A DNA stretch of 64,000 nucleotides from Lingula anatina. Its lineage: Eukaryota > Animalia > Brachiopoda. The notes beneath the pieces were generated by a model that saw only the letters and a program-made list of their open reading frames with translations, searched no databases and had not been told where the DNA came from. Where the stretch lies: the NCBI GenBank assembly GCA_051362555.1, contig CM120647.1:20002651-20066650 (forward strand), given 5' to 3'. Numbering within the stretch: position 1 is the first letter of the stretch; each line of letters begins with the position of its first letter. Positions 9,427 through 23,984 of the stretch are shown here, piece by piece. Position numbers and translations under genes: made by a program.

Positions 9427-12027
9427 TTTTATGTACAGACACAGATGTGTCTGTACATATAGCCGTCATCTGCGTCTGTCTTCGCTGTCGTCGCCGTCGC
9501 CGTCGCCGTGCACTTTTACCGATAACACGATAAGTGGAAAACCATTTTACCTTTTCTCAGCATATATGCAGCACCGATAACACGATAAATGGAAAACCAT
9601 TTTACCTTTTGGCTTGAAACTTACAAAACTGATGAATATTCATAATACGCAGGTGAAGTTCGAAAATCAGCATGATTGGGCCATTTTTAGGGAAGTTATG
9701 CAGTTATTTCACTTTTTTCAACATATATGCAACATTGATAACACAATATAAGAAAAGATTGGCCAATTGTCATTATACTCACAGGAGGGGCCAATCTTAC
9801 TAAAACGCAGGTTGAGTTTGAAAATCAGCATAATCAGTCCATTATTTTAGAAGTTATGCTGTTTTTTCACATTTCCTCACATTCAATTCTTAGGCATGTT
9901 AACAGTCTCATTATTGAACTAACAAGATACGTAAAAGTGTTTGTTTGGTATTTCCTGCATCTTTACAACATTGTTAGTTGATTATGTAAAAATGATGGTA
10001 AACTTGTTATTATGTATTGCGTAATAAAGTGTTAAAAATGGAAATAAACTCATATCATTGCAGTTTGTCAGATTCAATCATCCACTATGTTCAGAATCTC
10101 AGAATGGAGGAAATTGGACATTTAACACTGTTCTATTGATACTTTTTCCATCTCATCAATTTTCTTACAGTAGTTGGTCATATAAAAATGGCAGTAAAAT
10201 GTTTATTTTGTTTTATGTTAAAAAAGTGTTAAAAATGGAAATAAACCCATTTCAGAACAGTGCTGTCTTGTTTACATTTTGGCATTTTCAAGATGTGACT
10301 TTGATGTTCCATGGGCCTGAAGACATTTTCTGAATATCTGTGATAATAATATTTTATAATTAAAAATTGATGGTCATTATGCTGTTAAGCATTATGTAAT
10401 GATGCATCAAAATAGAAGAAAACACAATTTTTGGTGCTGCTGCCATGATGACCATTATGGAAAAACAGTGTTACTTATGACTGTCAAACTTTCAAAAAAG
10501 AAACACAGGACTAAAATGCAGCCTGAGTTTGAAAAGCAAATTATTCTGTAATTTTTTATGAAATGTTAAATCAAAATTGATGAACATCTTTTTTGCACTG
10601 CTACTGCAAACATTATGAAAAGAAAACTTATTATTATTATTATTAACTCATGAGTATGATTTTTAGGATTGGCAGGCAGTTCAAATTAGAAAGCAAGGTC
10701 AATTGGGTTATCATTTATTATTGAATTTTATGCAATTTTGTGTGAAATTTTTATTTTTCTCATTCTGGCACTTTCTAAGTATAAACTTGAACTTTGATGG
10801 GCCTGAAGCCTTATGCTTTTACCTTCGTCGGTATTACCTGTTGTGCAAAATTAAAATTTGATGTTGACTGTGCAGTTAAACATAATGTATTATTGCATCA
10901 GAATTGGTAGTCTCCTATTTTGTGCATTATCGTTTTGTGCTTTTCTTAAGTTGTGACTTATGGGCCTGACAGACCTTTGAGAGGGTCAGTCTGTAAATTT
11001 CCCTTGGGTATCACTTAGCTAATTTCAGTGTTATAAACTCATGTGCCTAATTAATAGGCCATTGTATGAGATTACATAAAGCACACTTGTTGATATTTCC
11101 CTGTAAACTCCCAAAGGTTAAGCTCTCTGCTAGATTAATAATAAGGAAGCAGTGATAATTATGCAGGTAAATTTTGTTTAATATTGCAAATAAGTTATAT
11201 ATATATATTTATATAAAACTCAAAGATTAAAAGTTTGAATAGCAGCTTCACAGCTTCATTGGAATTATATTTACCTCTGCCAAGGAGGTTATATTTTCAC
11301 CCCTGTTTGTCTGTCATCAACATAACTCAAAAAGTTATGGACCAATTTTGCTGAAATGTTCAGGAACTGTCAGAAGTGGGCCAAAGAGGACAATAATCAA
11401 TTATAATCAACAATTTCTGCCTTGGCAGAGGTCTGCATTCTCGGAGCGCTTTTCTAGTTTTGTTATGTTTTCCTTTATAATTTTTTCTCAAGCACTTGCA
11501 TTTGTGACTTTTAACTCTCATCCGCCTGAGGCTCTGACATTTCTCTATTTCCACATAAGCAGTTGTATTGTTTTTTATGTCTTTAAACATTATGTTACTT
11601 ATGTAATATTATTTTATGTACTGTCATCATTTTTCAAATATTGAGGCTTTCATAATGTGAATTTGAACTCTCATGGTCCTCAAACTGTTATCTTATTGAA
11701 GGGGTGGATTGAGACCATCTTCTGGGTCTTCCGGAAGACAGTCAGGTTATTAAGTTTATATTTACTGGTATCTATTTTTTTCTGTTGGAAGACCTTCAAA
11801 ATGGAGGATGGATCAAAATAGATACTTTGGAATTCTGTCAGAAAATGTCTCTGGGTCCGCTCCTGTTATTGACCATGTTACCTGTTGTGCATGATTAAAA
11901 TTCAGTGTTGACTGACAGTGCTATTATAAGCATTATTTATTATTGCATCAAAATTGACAAAATGACCTTTTTTGCATCTTTATTTTCTGTTTTTTGTCTG
12001 TACATTTGACAGCTTTGCTACCTTGTT
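9427..12027 (+). mobile_element. Helentron/HINE-like non-autonomous element
   Basis: 5' T-run, hairpin ATGTACAGACAC-AGAT-GTGTCTGTACAT, (GTC/GCC)n tract and 161-bp-family units. 3' subterminal TGTCTGTACAT, small stem-loop and CTTGTT end. Confidence 0.8.
11265..11460 (+). mobile_element. Small HINE-like element nested in the larger family (copies at 16315-16556 and partial 29596-29750, minus strand)
   Basis: TTACCTCTGCCAAGGAGGT...CCTTGGCAGAGGT subterminal inverted repeat, then a stem-loop and CTAGT end. Confidence 0.75.
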
Positions 12028-12699
12028 AAAGAATTTTCAAATAAAGTGGTGGTTCTATTCAAGTAAAATAATTCATAAGTACTATTTTTGTAAAAAGGAA
12101 CAAAAAACTGTGTTCATTTGTAAAATGTTTGCTTCTTTAAATTTTATTTCTTAAACTGTTACAAAAAGTTTTCCATGCCTATAGTTATCCATTGGCTGAG
12201 AAATTGCAGCTATATATTAAGGAAAGTTATTGCACAAATAAATTATCTAAGTATTACATGGTTTCATGGTTCTTACTATGGACTTAATATATATATTTTT
12301 TTTAATAAAATATTTGGTTTTGCTGCTTTTTAATGAATTTTCAGAGCGATGAAATAATATGCTGTTTCTATTCAAGTAAAACAATTCAGAAGTGCTATTT
12401 TGTAAAAAAAAAAAGAAAAAAAAAAACTGTTCATTTTTAAATGTTTTCTTTCTTTAAATTTTATTTCTTAAACTGTTACAAAAATATTTCCAAACCTGCA
12501 TTATTCCATTGGCTAAGAAATTGCATCTATACATGTGCAAATAAATTATCTAACTATACCTAGTTTCATGATTCTTACGATGGACTGAATAATTATTTTA
12601 ATTAAAAATAATTATTTAATTAACATTACCGGCCATGCTCAATACATCAATAAAAAAGGATATTACTTAATGACACAACCTTATGCGGGTAGTAGGCTT

Positions 12700-13041
12700 A
12701 TGTATATTTACTGACAACTCTTCTGAAATTGCGGACATAAGAAAACGCACTTTGATAAATCATACTTCCTAGGGGCACTTTCTTGCTATGGAGCTCTCTT
12801 TCCAAAACTTTATAAGTTTTGCCAAGATCAATTAATCTTTCTACGTGTATTCTTTTTGAGGCAACTCGTCTATCTTTAGGGGCCTAATTACTGTGCCTGG
12901 GTCAAGTTGTAACTGTCCCTTTAACATGGAAGGTGTGTTGACATGGGCAACCCTTCACTTCAAACGAAGCCCTGAATCCTCAGGAAAATTATGCCCACCT
13001 TGCCGACTTTGACATTCAGGTACACAACAATACTGAGGCAT
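12700..13041 (-). pseudogene. THAP-DDE transposase remnant, N- and C-termini joined by deletion
   Basis: MPQYCCVPECQSRQGGHNFPEDSGLRLK*RVA (THAP start) is followed within about 100 nt by DRRVASKRIHVERLIDLGKTYKVL (Harbinger-type DDE C-terminal motif). Confidence 0.8.
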
Positions 13042-13259
13042 GTTTATTAAGGCAAGTGCCACAGTTCAACGTATGTTATTTCCAAAATGGCGACTGTGGA
13101 AGGACTGAATTCACACTAGCGACACCTGGCGCCAAGCGGGCTGGTATACCCCATTTGTAAATCAATAACCTAAACTCGCACTATTGATTTTATGAAAGAA
13201 CGGAAATTTGATCAATTTACGATCATTTTCGCTTTGACAAGGAAATGTGTAAAGGCAAC

Positions 13260-13298
13260 ACACACTCACACACACTCATATACGCAGACGTATACACA

Positions 13299-13328
<30 letters not shown>
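13260..13328. repeat. (CA)n microsatellite, imperfect
   Basis: Directly visible. Confidence 0.9.
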
Positions 13329-13332
<4 letters not shown>

Positions 13333-16300
13333 GAAGCTTGCATAATACAGATTACCTTACATAAAAACGTAAATAAACTGTATTTGAAAGGGTATAATAA
13401 AAACTGAAGTGAATTATCAAACTATCTTTCCACCAAATAGCACAAAAAATGAAAATTATATGTAATACTTTCTAAACTTTTAATGATCGCTTCGTATTTA
13501 CAGTCTATAAAGATATAATGCCAAAACGATTGTCAGTGGATAATTTACTAAATCTGCTTTAATAAGGCTCCCATATGGCATGCATTTTAACTATTGGAAA
13601 TTGCCTTTTTGGTGCAAAGGTAAAATTTTCACAATATTAAACAAGGCAGCAAAGCTGTCAAATGTACAGACAAAAAACAGGAAATAACTATGCACAAAAT
13701 AGGCTACTGTCAATTCTGATGCAAAAGTACATTATGTTAAACTGCAAATTCAACATCAAATTTTAATTATGCTCAACAGGTAATAACAATGTAAGTAAAA
13801 TGTGTAACAAGCATAAGGCTTCAGGCCCATGGGAGTTCAAGTTCACACTTTGAAAATGTATAACTTCCAGAAAAAAAAGCCAATTAGACTTCTTTTCCAA
13901 CTCAGGCTGCATTTTAGTCCTGTATTTCTTTTTTGAAAGTTTGGCAATCACAAGTAACATGGTTTTCCCATAATGGTCATCATGGCAGCAGCACCCAAAA
14001 TTGTGTTTTCTTCTATTCTGATGCAATATTACATAATGGTTAACAGCATAAAGACCGTCAATTTTTAAAAATAAAATATACGTATCATGGATTTTCAGAA
14101 AATGTGACTAGCACGGGTCTTCAAGCATATCTTGTGAAAAATTAAATTTTCACAAAAAAAACTGTTTAACTGGCAGTAAGAATTACCAAACAGGTTGCAT
14201 TGCCTACTGAGGCTGTATTTTAATTGCATGTTTCTTTCCTGTAAGTGTTAAATGTCCAATTTCTTCCATTCTGAGATTCTGAACATAGTGAATGATTGAA
14301 TCTGACAAACTGCTATGACATGAGCTTATTTCCATTTTTGAAACTTTATTACACAATACACGATAATAAGTTTACCATTATTTTTACAAAATCAACTAAC
14401 AATTTGTAAAGATGCAGGAAATGTCAAACAAACATTTTTACGTATCTTATTAGTTAACTAATGAAACTGTTAACATGCCTAAGAATTGAATCTGAGGAAA
14501 TATGAAAAAACAACATAACTTCTAAAATAATGGCACGATTATGCTGATTTTCAAACTCAACCTGTGTTTTAGCAGCATTGACCACTCCTCTGAGTTTAAT
14601 GACACTTGGCCTATCTGTTTTCCTTATATTGTGTTTATAGTGTTGCATATATGCTGAAAAGTGGGAAAAAAAAGCATAATTACTAAAATAGTGGCCTGAT
14701 GATGCCGCTTTTCGAACTTGACCTCAATTTAGTAAGATCGATTACCCCAGTGAGTTTCATGACAACAGGCCTATCAGTTTTCCTTGAAATGTGTTTACAG
14801 TGTTGCATATATGCTGAAAAGTGAAAACAACTTGAAAATACCAGTTTGAAAAATTAAAAATTAAAGAAAAAATTACAAAAATATTCCACTTAAGCTGCCA
14901 TTCAGTCTAGCTGCATAACCATGATATGAATCATCCAACTTGAGTTTAAACAGTGTAAACAACTCACAGAAATATAATATATTTTGTTTTACTACAAAAA
15001 GGGCAGTCATAACTATTATTCTGATATCTGAACTTGTCATCAGACCTTGTGACCTCCATAGATGGCTATACTTTGTAATAATTTCTTAAGAGATTATAAC
15101 AAAAAAAAAAAACTTTTTAGAAAAAAAAATTAATTATTTGACAAAAAGAAGAGTCAAGTTGCAAATATTGCACAACAGGTAGTATCAATAAAAGTTAAAT
15201 GTTACATGTCCTTGGGAGTTATAAGTCCCACAATGAAAATTCCAGTATGTGAAAGATAAAATTTCACAAATTGTACAACAGAATAACATGGTCAATAAGA
15301 TTACAGTTTCAGGACCATATGTGAGAGTTCATATTCACATAATGAAAATCCCAATATGTGAAAAAAGATGACAGTGCATAAAATAATATAATTACACAAT
15401 GTTTAAAGACATAAAAACCAACACAACTCCTTATGTGGAAAAACAGAAAATGCACAGTGCTTCTGGTGGATGGGAGTTGAAAGTGATATCTTGAAGATGC
15501 TAGTGTTTGATAAATAATTTAAAAAAAAATGTAAAATAAAACATAACAAAAAATTCCAATAAAGCTGCTATTCAAACTTTAAATCTAGCTGTGTAATTAC
15601 TAGCATGACTAACATTTACCTGCACAATAATCACTGATTCCTAATTATGTGACACAGTTAAGAGAGATATACCCAGGGGACTTTACAATGAAATCTCATC
15701 GTGTGTTTTATGTAATCTCATTTAATGGCCACTTGAAAATTAATTAAGCAAATTACTTTATGAACGTGTGTTTTATGTAATCTCATTTAATGGCCACTTG
15801 AAAATCAATTAAGCAAATTACTTTATGACCCTGAATTAATATACTGCCATATACATTTATTGCACCATTATCAGTCAACACTGAATTTTAATCTTGCACA
15901 ACGGGTAACATGGTCAATAACAGGAGCAGACCCAGAGATATTTTCTGACAGTATTACAAAGTATCTATGTTGATCCATCCTCCATTTTGATGGTCTTCCA
16001 ACAGAAAAAAATAGATACCAGTCAATATAAACTTAATAACCTGACTGTCTTCCGGAAGACCCAGAAGATGGTCTCAATCCACCCCTTCAATAAGATTACA
16101 GTTTCAGGACCATGAGAGTTCAAATTCACATTATGAAAGTCTCAATATTTGAAAAATGATGACAGTGCATAAAATAATATTACATAATGTTTAAAGGCAA
16201 AAAACAATACAACTGCTTATGTAGAAATACAGAAAATGTGCAGAGCCCCAGGCAGATGAGAGTTAAAAGTCACAAATGCAAGTGTTTGAGAAAAAATTAT

Positions 16301-16597
16301 AAAGGAAAACAACAAAACTAGAAAAGCACTTTGAGAGTGCAGACCTCTGCCAAGGCAGCAATTGTTGATTATTATTGATAATTGATTGATTATTGATCCG
16401 GACCACCACTCAAAATTAATCATTGTCCTCTTTGGCCCACTTCCGACAGTTCCTGAAAATTTCTGCAAAATTGGTCCATAACTTTTTGTGTTATGTGGAT
16501 GACAGACAAACAGGGGTGAAAATATAACCCCCTTGGCAGAGCTTGAGGTAAATATAATTCCAATGAAGATGCTATTCAAACTTTTAATCTTCCAGTT

Positions 16598-16599
<2 letters not shown>

Positions 16600-16673
<74 letters not shown>
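16600..16673. repeat. (AT)n microsatellite
   Basis: Directly visible. Confidence 0.97.
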
Positions 16674-16675
<2 letters not shown>

Positions 16676-16837
16676 CTTATTTGCAATATTAAACAAAATT
16701 TACCTGCATAATTATCACTGCTTCCTTATTATTAATCTAGCAGAGAGCTTTACCTTTGGGAGTTTACAGGGAAATATCAACAAGTGTGCTTTACGTAATC
16801 TCATTTAATGGCCTATTAAAGCAAATGACTTTATAAC

Positions 16838-19800
16838 AGCAAAGTGTTATCTTATCCACGTGACATCCAGCAGCACCAACGTCCCGTTGGGAGTGAACTG
16901 AAAATGCTGCATTTGGAAAGATGGCAAAATGACAGCAGAAACCTCCACATATATCCTCATTCCGACCAAAATAGGAACCACTACGGCCACAGTGAAAGAG
17001 AGGTGCCCCATAGACAACACACCGCTAACAACAGAGATGGACAGACACTGCAGCAGCCAAATACACCGGTACGCGATAGTGACAATAACACTTTCATAAT
17101 AGAAACGCTAAGGAATCTACTAAGCTACATTAACTAAAATATGAACTGCATAAACTATTGAACGATTCAGACGGACTTTAAAAGATAAAGTAAAACTGAG
17201 ACCTCTCAGTAACGAGGTCAATATATAACATACTGGTACCATATACATAATTAAGCCCCTCAAAAGCATTCAATAGAGAAGCCGAAGAAGATGGGCTGTG
17301 GTAAGTCACTGTAGACAGTTAAGTAATTGTAAAGCAATGTAGTTATTAAGCTGTTGTTTGTTATCAGTTGATAGAATTACATCCAAATAGATCATATGCA
17401 ATACTAGATTACTGAGTTAAAACAATTATAGTTATTACGCCAATGGAACTTGGAAGTTGATTTTAAATGCAATCAATACCTATAGTTTGAAAAATGGTAT
17501 AAACGCAGTAAACAATCCAGTCTAAAAGACTGAAAATGATACAATTGAATCTAGAAAGCTTGCATAGACGTAAGACAGTTAAAATAATAGAAGCTCTTAA
17601 GCATCCAATATTCAGAAGTATGTCTCAAAACCTTAGAATAGGAATGAGAAATGTTCATGGCCTTAGTGAAAAACTTAAGGACACTTACTTTGTAAATACA
17701 CTCTCTAAATATGATATAGTGGGTCTTGTAGAGACCTGGAGTAGCATTAGATCAAATGTCAATTTCCCCGGAAGTGATTATGTACATTTTCACCAAATTC
17801 GAAATAAGAAAAAAATGAAAGGTAGATCTTCAGGTGGCATAGTAGTATACTAGAGAAAAACTCTTAAGCAAGGTATCACAAGAGTAGATAGTAGTAGTGA
17901 AGATCTGTTATGGGTACGGCTAACAAGAGAGTTTTTCGGCTTTGAAAGAGATATTTTTGTTTGTTTTGTTTATATAAAACCACAGAATAGTACAAGTGGA
18001 ACAATTGAACAGAGCACTTATGACGTGCTAGAAAAGGAAATCGCTCTATATAGCCAGAAGGGAGATATAATGTTAGCTGGTGACTTTAACAGCCGTACCC
18101 ACAATATGAAAGATTACATAGAGAATGATGAAGTAAACAGAGTGCCACTTCCAAACACTTATACCTGTGATAAAAGAGTAAAGATAAGAAATAATCTGGA
18201 CCACAAAATTAACCCTTTTGGCTACTCACTGGTCAACCTATGCATCTCTGCACAGTTACGTATCTTAAATGGTAGAAAGCAGGGAGATACCCTCGGATAC
18301 TATACATGTCACAGTAATAATGGATATAGTGTGGTAGACTACATGGTGGTTGGTTCAGACCTATTCAAATCAATCAAAAATTTCTGTGTAAACCCCATTG
18401 ACTATATCTCAGACCATTGTTTACTGGAATGCATACTTGAAATGAAAACAACACAAGGTAAAAAAACAACAACATGAAACTACAAATATTAAAAGCAAAT
18501 TTATATGGGATAAAGACTCCAAAGTAGCCTTTGAAGAGGTTTTCATAAGTGCAGGAATAACACAAAAAATTATAGATTACGAATGCACCTCCTTTGCTAA
18601 TAACGAATCAGGAGTAAATGATGCAGTGAATGAGTTCACAAACATAATGGAATCAGCAGCAAACCGGGCACTCAAAAGAGGGCGTTCACATGTTAACAAA
18701 AAATCCAAACACAAAATGAAACAACCGTGGTTCGACCAGGACTGTAACATACTAAGAAAAGAAAGTATAGGACTAGGAAAAAAGCTGAGAAGAGACCCAT
18801 TTAATATGGCACTGAAAACTAGTTATCATCGAGCAACAAAAGAATACAAAAAAACTAGTAAAATATAAAAAGAAGCAAATGAAAAACAATATTTTGAACA
18901 ACCTATTACACATGGAAAATAAAAACCCTAAAGAATTTTGGGAAATCATAGGGCAACTGAAGGGGCAAATGAAAAGTGACTCATCGGAATACATTGAGTC
19001 CAATACTTGGTACAACTACTTTAAAAAATTAGGTGAGAGTCAGAAATCTCAAAATGATCAGAACTTACACGAAAGTCTAGCCAACCTAGAAAAACACTTA
19101 GACCAAGAACAATTCAAAAAGTTGGACTACCCCATTACCATCAAGGAAATTAAATCAGCTATCAGAGCTCTGAAAATCAGAAAATCATGCGGAGAAGATA
19201 CAATCTCTAATGAAATGCTAAAAACGTCTGCCGCATTCATAGCTAAATCACTGGCTAAACTATTCAATCTAATCCTAGGTAGTGGTAAATTCCCCTCTCT
19301 TTGGAATAAAGGTATGATAAAGCCACTGCTGAAGTCTGGAGATCCCTCGAACCCACAAAACTACCGAGGAATTTGTATAAACAGCTGTTTAGGAAAACTT
19401 TTCACTTCAATTCTAAACACCAGGCTTCTCTCCTACATCGAAGAATGTGAATCTCTTTCTAAAGAACAAGCAGGGTTCCGCCCTACATATAGAACCTCAG
19501 ACAATATGTTCATTCTAAACAGCCTTATTAACCAATTCATCAATAAGAATAATAAGTTATACGCATGTTTTATAGATCTTAAAAAAGCTTTTGATAGCGT
19601 GTGGATTGAAGGTCTATTCCTCAAAGTATTAACACAAAAATAGGAGGAAACTTTTATAGAACAATAAAACACATGTATCAAACTACAGAGCTGTGTGTCA
19701 AAATTGGCCAAAGACGCACAAACTACTTTAAGACAGATATAGGAATAAGGCAAGGTGACAGCTTGAGTCCAATGCTTTTTAATATTTACATAGATGATAT

Positions 19801-21256
19801 GAAAAATGTATTCAATAGCACATGTGATCCCGTAAAAGTTAATGCCAACACTACAATCAGTCACCTTTTATATGCTGATGACCTCGTTATTCTATCTAAA
19901 TCTGCAAAGGGCCTACAAAAAAGTCTTGACACTCTGGGGGACTACTGCAAAAAATGGAAGCTCACAGTCAATACCAACAAAACGAAAGTAATGATATTTA
20001 GTAAGTCAGGCAAAAAACCAAACATGAATTTCACAATAGACCATCAAACAATAGAAATAACACATGAATATAATTATTTAGGGATAAAATTCAAATCGAA
20101 TGGATCATTCAAAAGCGCACTTGATGATCTGAAAGGTAAAGCCATGAAGGCGGTTTTTGCAGTTAAGCAGGCTTTACAGTCCACCACCCACAATATGACC
20201 CAGACATATTTAAAACTCTTCGATATCCTTATAAAACCCATACTGATGTACGGATGCGAAATCTGGGGACCATCAATTGCATCTAAAAGCATAAAATCTC
20301 TTAAATACATGAATACTTTGCCATTCGAAGTAGTACAAAATAACTATTGCAAATACATTTTAGGTGTGAGGCGCAATGCCAGTAATATAGCAGCTAAAGC
20401 AGAACTAGGTAGATTCCCAATTACACATGACATAATGGGTCATGCTACATCCTACTGGCAAAGATTTTCTGAAATGCCAAAGCAGCGCTTGGCAAAAACA
20501 ATGTATGAATATGAAACAAAACAGGATACACAGGTAAAAAATTGGTCAAGCGAAATCAAATACATTACTCAAAATCTAACGAAAACACAGACTAATACCC
20601 CCTCGAAAGCAGAAGTAAAAAAAGCACTGGAAAGTCATTATACCCTTTTGTTTCTCAAAGAAATAGAGCGAGAAAACAGCATACTACGTACATATCGATT
20701 ATTTAAAACAAATTATGAAAGGGAAGCGTACACAACAGCACCTATACCAAAACATGAAATGCAAAATTTGGCAAAATATAGAACAGGGGCACATGACTTA
20801 GAAATCCAAAGAGGCAGATACCGAAAACCAAAATCAATACCCCCTGAAGAAAGGATCTGCAAGTTATGCTCAGATGAAGTGGAAAACGAAATACGCTTTC
20901 TTTTAAAATGCCCCTTACTCACCAAATACAGGGAGATCCTAAAACCAGATCCTACACAAACCCCAGAGGGTCAATTCAAATGCATAATGCAGTCAAACGA
21001 TTTACATGTTATAAAGAATGTGGCCCACTATATCACAATGTGTAATAAGGAAAGAAAAATATTCTCAACCAACCACCACCTAGTCAACCAAAGTAACGAG
21101 CGTATACTGCAATTGTAAAATCTGATCACAGTTATTGTATAAACAATATTGTAATTTACTATTGTAATTTTAGTTATATGATTATATTATGTATACTGAT
21201 AGGTCATAGTCATTGTAAAAAATGTACTTGAACCGCAATAAATAACAATAAAAAAT
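16838..21256 (+). mobile_element. 5'-truncated CR1/L2-group LINE
   Basis: Possible ORF1 tail (16844-17137), APE-RT ORF2 and an A-rich tail with AATAAA. The flanks rejoin to match the uninterrupted HINE copy near 11000-11060; possible TSD TAAC. Confidence 0.9.
17620..21118 (+). pseudogene. LINE ORF2 (APE endonuclease + RT + C-terminal Cys motif), disrupted
   Basis: NVHGL, LVETW, GDFN, VVDY, SDHC; NYRGI, QAGFR, FIDLKKAFDSV, GIRQGDSLSP, YADD; ICKLC...LLKCP. Stop at 17851 and frameshifts near 18465, 18855 and 19640. Confidence 0.92.
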
Positions 21257-23653
21257 TAACTCTGAAATTAATCTAGTGATACCCAAGGGTAATTTACAGA
21301 CTGACCCACTCAAAGGTCTTCAGGCCCATAAGTCACACCTTAAGAAAAGCACAAAACCATAATGCCCAAAATAGGAGACTACCAATCCTGATGCAATAAT
21401 ACATTATGTTTAACTGCACAGTCAACATCAACTTATGCACAACAGGTAACACAGACGAAAGTAAAAGCATAAGGCTCCAGGCCCATCAGAGTTCAAGTTT
21501 ATACTTAGAAAATGCCAGAATGAGAAAAATGAAAATTTCACAAAAAATGCATAAATACAATAAACATGATAATCCAATAGAGCTGGTTTTCTCATGAGCT
21601 GAAGGCCAATCCTAAAAATCGTACTTGTAAGTTTAAAATTATAATAAGTAGCACAGTTTTCTTTTCATAATGTTTGCAGTAGCAGTGCAAAAAGATTTTT
21701 GTCAATTTTGATGTAACATTACATAATAAATTAGAGAATAATTATCTCCAATTTTTGTTTATTGACTATAAATAGGATGGACATGTAGAAAATATGATTA
21801 CCATTTGGCTTCATGTCCATGGGAGCTCCGAGTCCCACAATGAATATGCCAACAAGATAATGAATATTACACTAAAATGTATAACTTCCAGAAAAAGAAG
21901 CAAATTAGACTACTTTTCTAACTCAGGCTGCATTTTAGTCCTGTGTTTCTTTTTTGAAAGTTTGACAGTCATAAGTAACACGGTTTTCCCATAATGGTCA
22001 TCAAGGCAGCAGCACCAAAAATTGTGTTTTCTTCTATTTTGATGCAACATTACATAATGCTTAACAGCATACTGACCATCGATTTTTAATAATAAAATAT
22101 AAGTGTCATGGATTTTCACAAAATGTGACTAGCATGGTCTTCAAGCCCGTGGAGGTTCTAAGTCACACCTTGGAAATGCCAATATGTGAAAAATTAAATT
22201 TTCACAAAAGACTGTTTAATTGCCAGAAAAATTTACCAAACAGACTGCATTGCCTACTGAAGCTGTATTTTAGTCCCATGTTTCTTTCCTGTAAGTTTGA
22301 GAACAGTAAGTGACATGATTTTCCTTAAATGGTCATCATGGGAGCACTGCCCAAAATAGGGGTTTCTTCAAATTTTGATGCAATATTACATAATGTTTTA
22401 CAGCATGATGACCATCAATTTTTAATTATAAAATATTAGTATCATGGTTATTCAGAAAATGTAACTAGCAAAAGTCTTCAGGCCCATGGAACTTCAAAGT
22501 CACATATTGAAAATGCCAAAATGTAAACAAGACAGCACTGTTCTGAAATGGGTTTATTTCCATTTTTAACACTTTTTTAACATAAAACAAAATAAACAGT
22601 TCACTGCCATTTTTATATGACCAATGAAGAAAATTGATGAGATGGGAAAAGTATCAATAGAACAGTGTTAAATGTCCAACTTCCTCCATTCTGAGATTCT
22701 GAACATAGTGGATGAATGCATCTGACAAACTGCAATGATACGAGTTTATTTCCATTTTTGACACTTTATTACACAATACATGATAACAAGTTTACCATCA
22801 TTTTTACAAAATCAACTAACAATGTTGTAAAGATGCAGGAAATGTCAAACAAACACTTTTCCGTATCTTATTAGTTCAATAATGAGACTGTTAACATGCC
22901 TAAGAATTGAATGTGAGGAAATGTGAAAAAACAGCATAACTTCTAAAATAATGGACTGATTATGCTGATTTTCAAACTCAACCTGCGTTTTAGTAAGATT
23001 GGCCCCTCCTGTGAGTATAATGACAATTGGCCAATCTGTTTTTCTTATATTGTGTTATCAGTGTTGCATATATACTGAAAAAAGTGAAAAAACAGCATAA
23101 ATTCCCTATAAGTGACCCGATTGTGCTGATTTTCGAACTTGACCTGCGTATTATGAATATTTATCAGTTCTGTAATTTTCAAGCCAAAAGATAAAATGGT
23201 TTTCCACTTATTGTGTTATCGGTGCTGCATATATGCTGAAAAAATAGAAAAAATAGCCTAAATTCACTAAAAATGACCCAATCACGCTGATTTTCGAACT
23301 TGACCTGCGTATTAAGTATATTCATCAGTTCTGTAAGTTTCAAGCCGAAAAGTAAAATGGTTTTCCACTTATCGTGTTATCGGTGCTGCATATATGCTGA
23401 AAAAAGTGAAAAAACAGCATAAATTCCCTATAAGTGACCCGATCATGCTGATTTTCGAACTCGACCTGCGTATTATGAATATTCATCAGTTCTGTAAGTT
23501 TCAAACAAAAAAAAAGCAGTTTTCCACTTATCGTGTTATCAGTAAAAGTGCATGGCGACGGCGACGACGGCGACGACAGCAACGACGGCGACGGCGACGA
23601 CAGACGCAGATGACGGCTATATGTACAGACACATCTGTGTCTGTACATAAAAA

Positions 23654-23952
23654 GGCTAATAACTTCATCAAAATTTAACTGATCAAGCTTATTTTCAAAC
23701 TTGATCTGTATACTAGTCAGACTAATCACTACTGTGAGTTGCAAGACAAAAGGCTGATTGGTTTTCCTTAAAATGTGTTATCAGTGTTGCATATATGCTG
23801 AATAAGGAAAAAAACAGCATAACAGTTGTAAATATAGTCCAATCAAGCCAATTTTCAAACTTGAAATGCGTATTATGAATATTCATCAGTTTCAATCCAA
23901 AAAGAAAAACATTTTTACACTGATCCTGTTTTCCGTGTTACAAAAATGCTGA

Positions 23953-23984
<32 letters not shown>

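Larger units (their letters stand above)
6868..13152. mobile_element. Internally deleted ISL2EU-like (PIF/Harbinger-related) DNA transposon
   Basis: Ends are AT|GGGGAATA ... TATACCCC|AT (short imperfect TIR, AT TSD). It contains convergent SAP/YqaJ remnants (+) and THAP-DDE transposase remnants (-). Confidence 0.78.
13639..23653 (-). mobile_element. Long Helentron/HINE-like element interrupted by a LINE
   Basis: 3' end AAACAAGGCAGCAAAGCTGTCAAATGTACAGACA at 13639 and 5' hairpin at 23621-23648; internal blocks homologous to 9427-12027. Confidence 0.75.
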
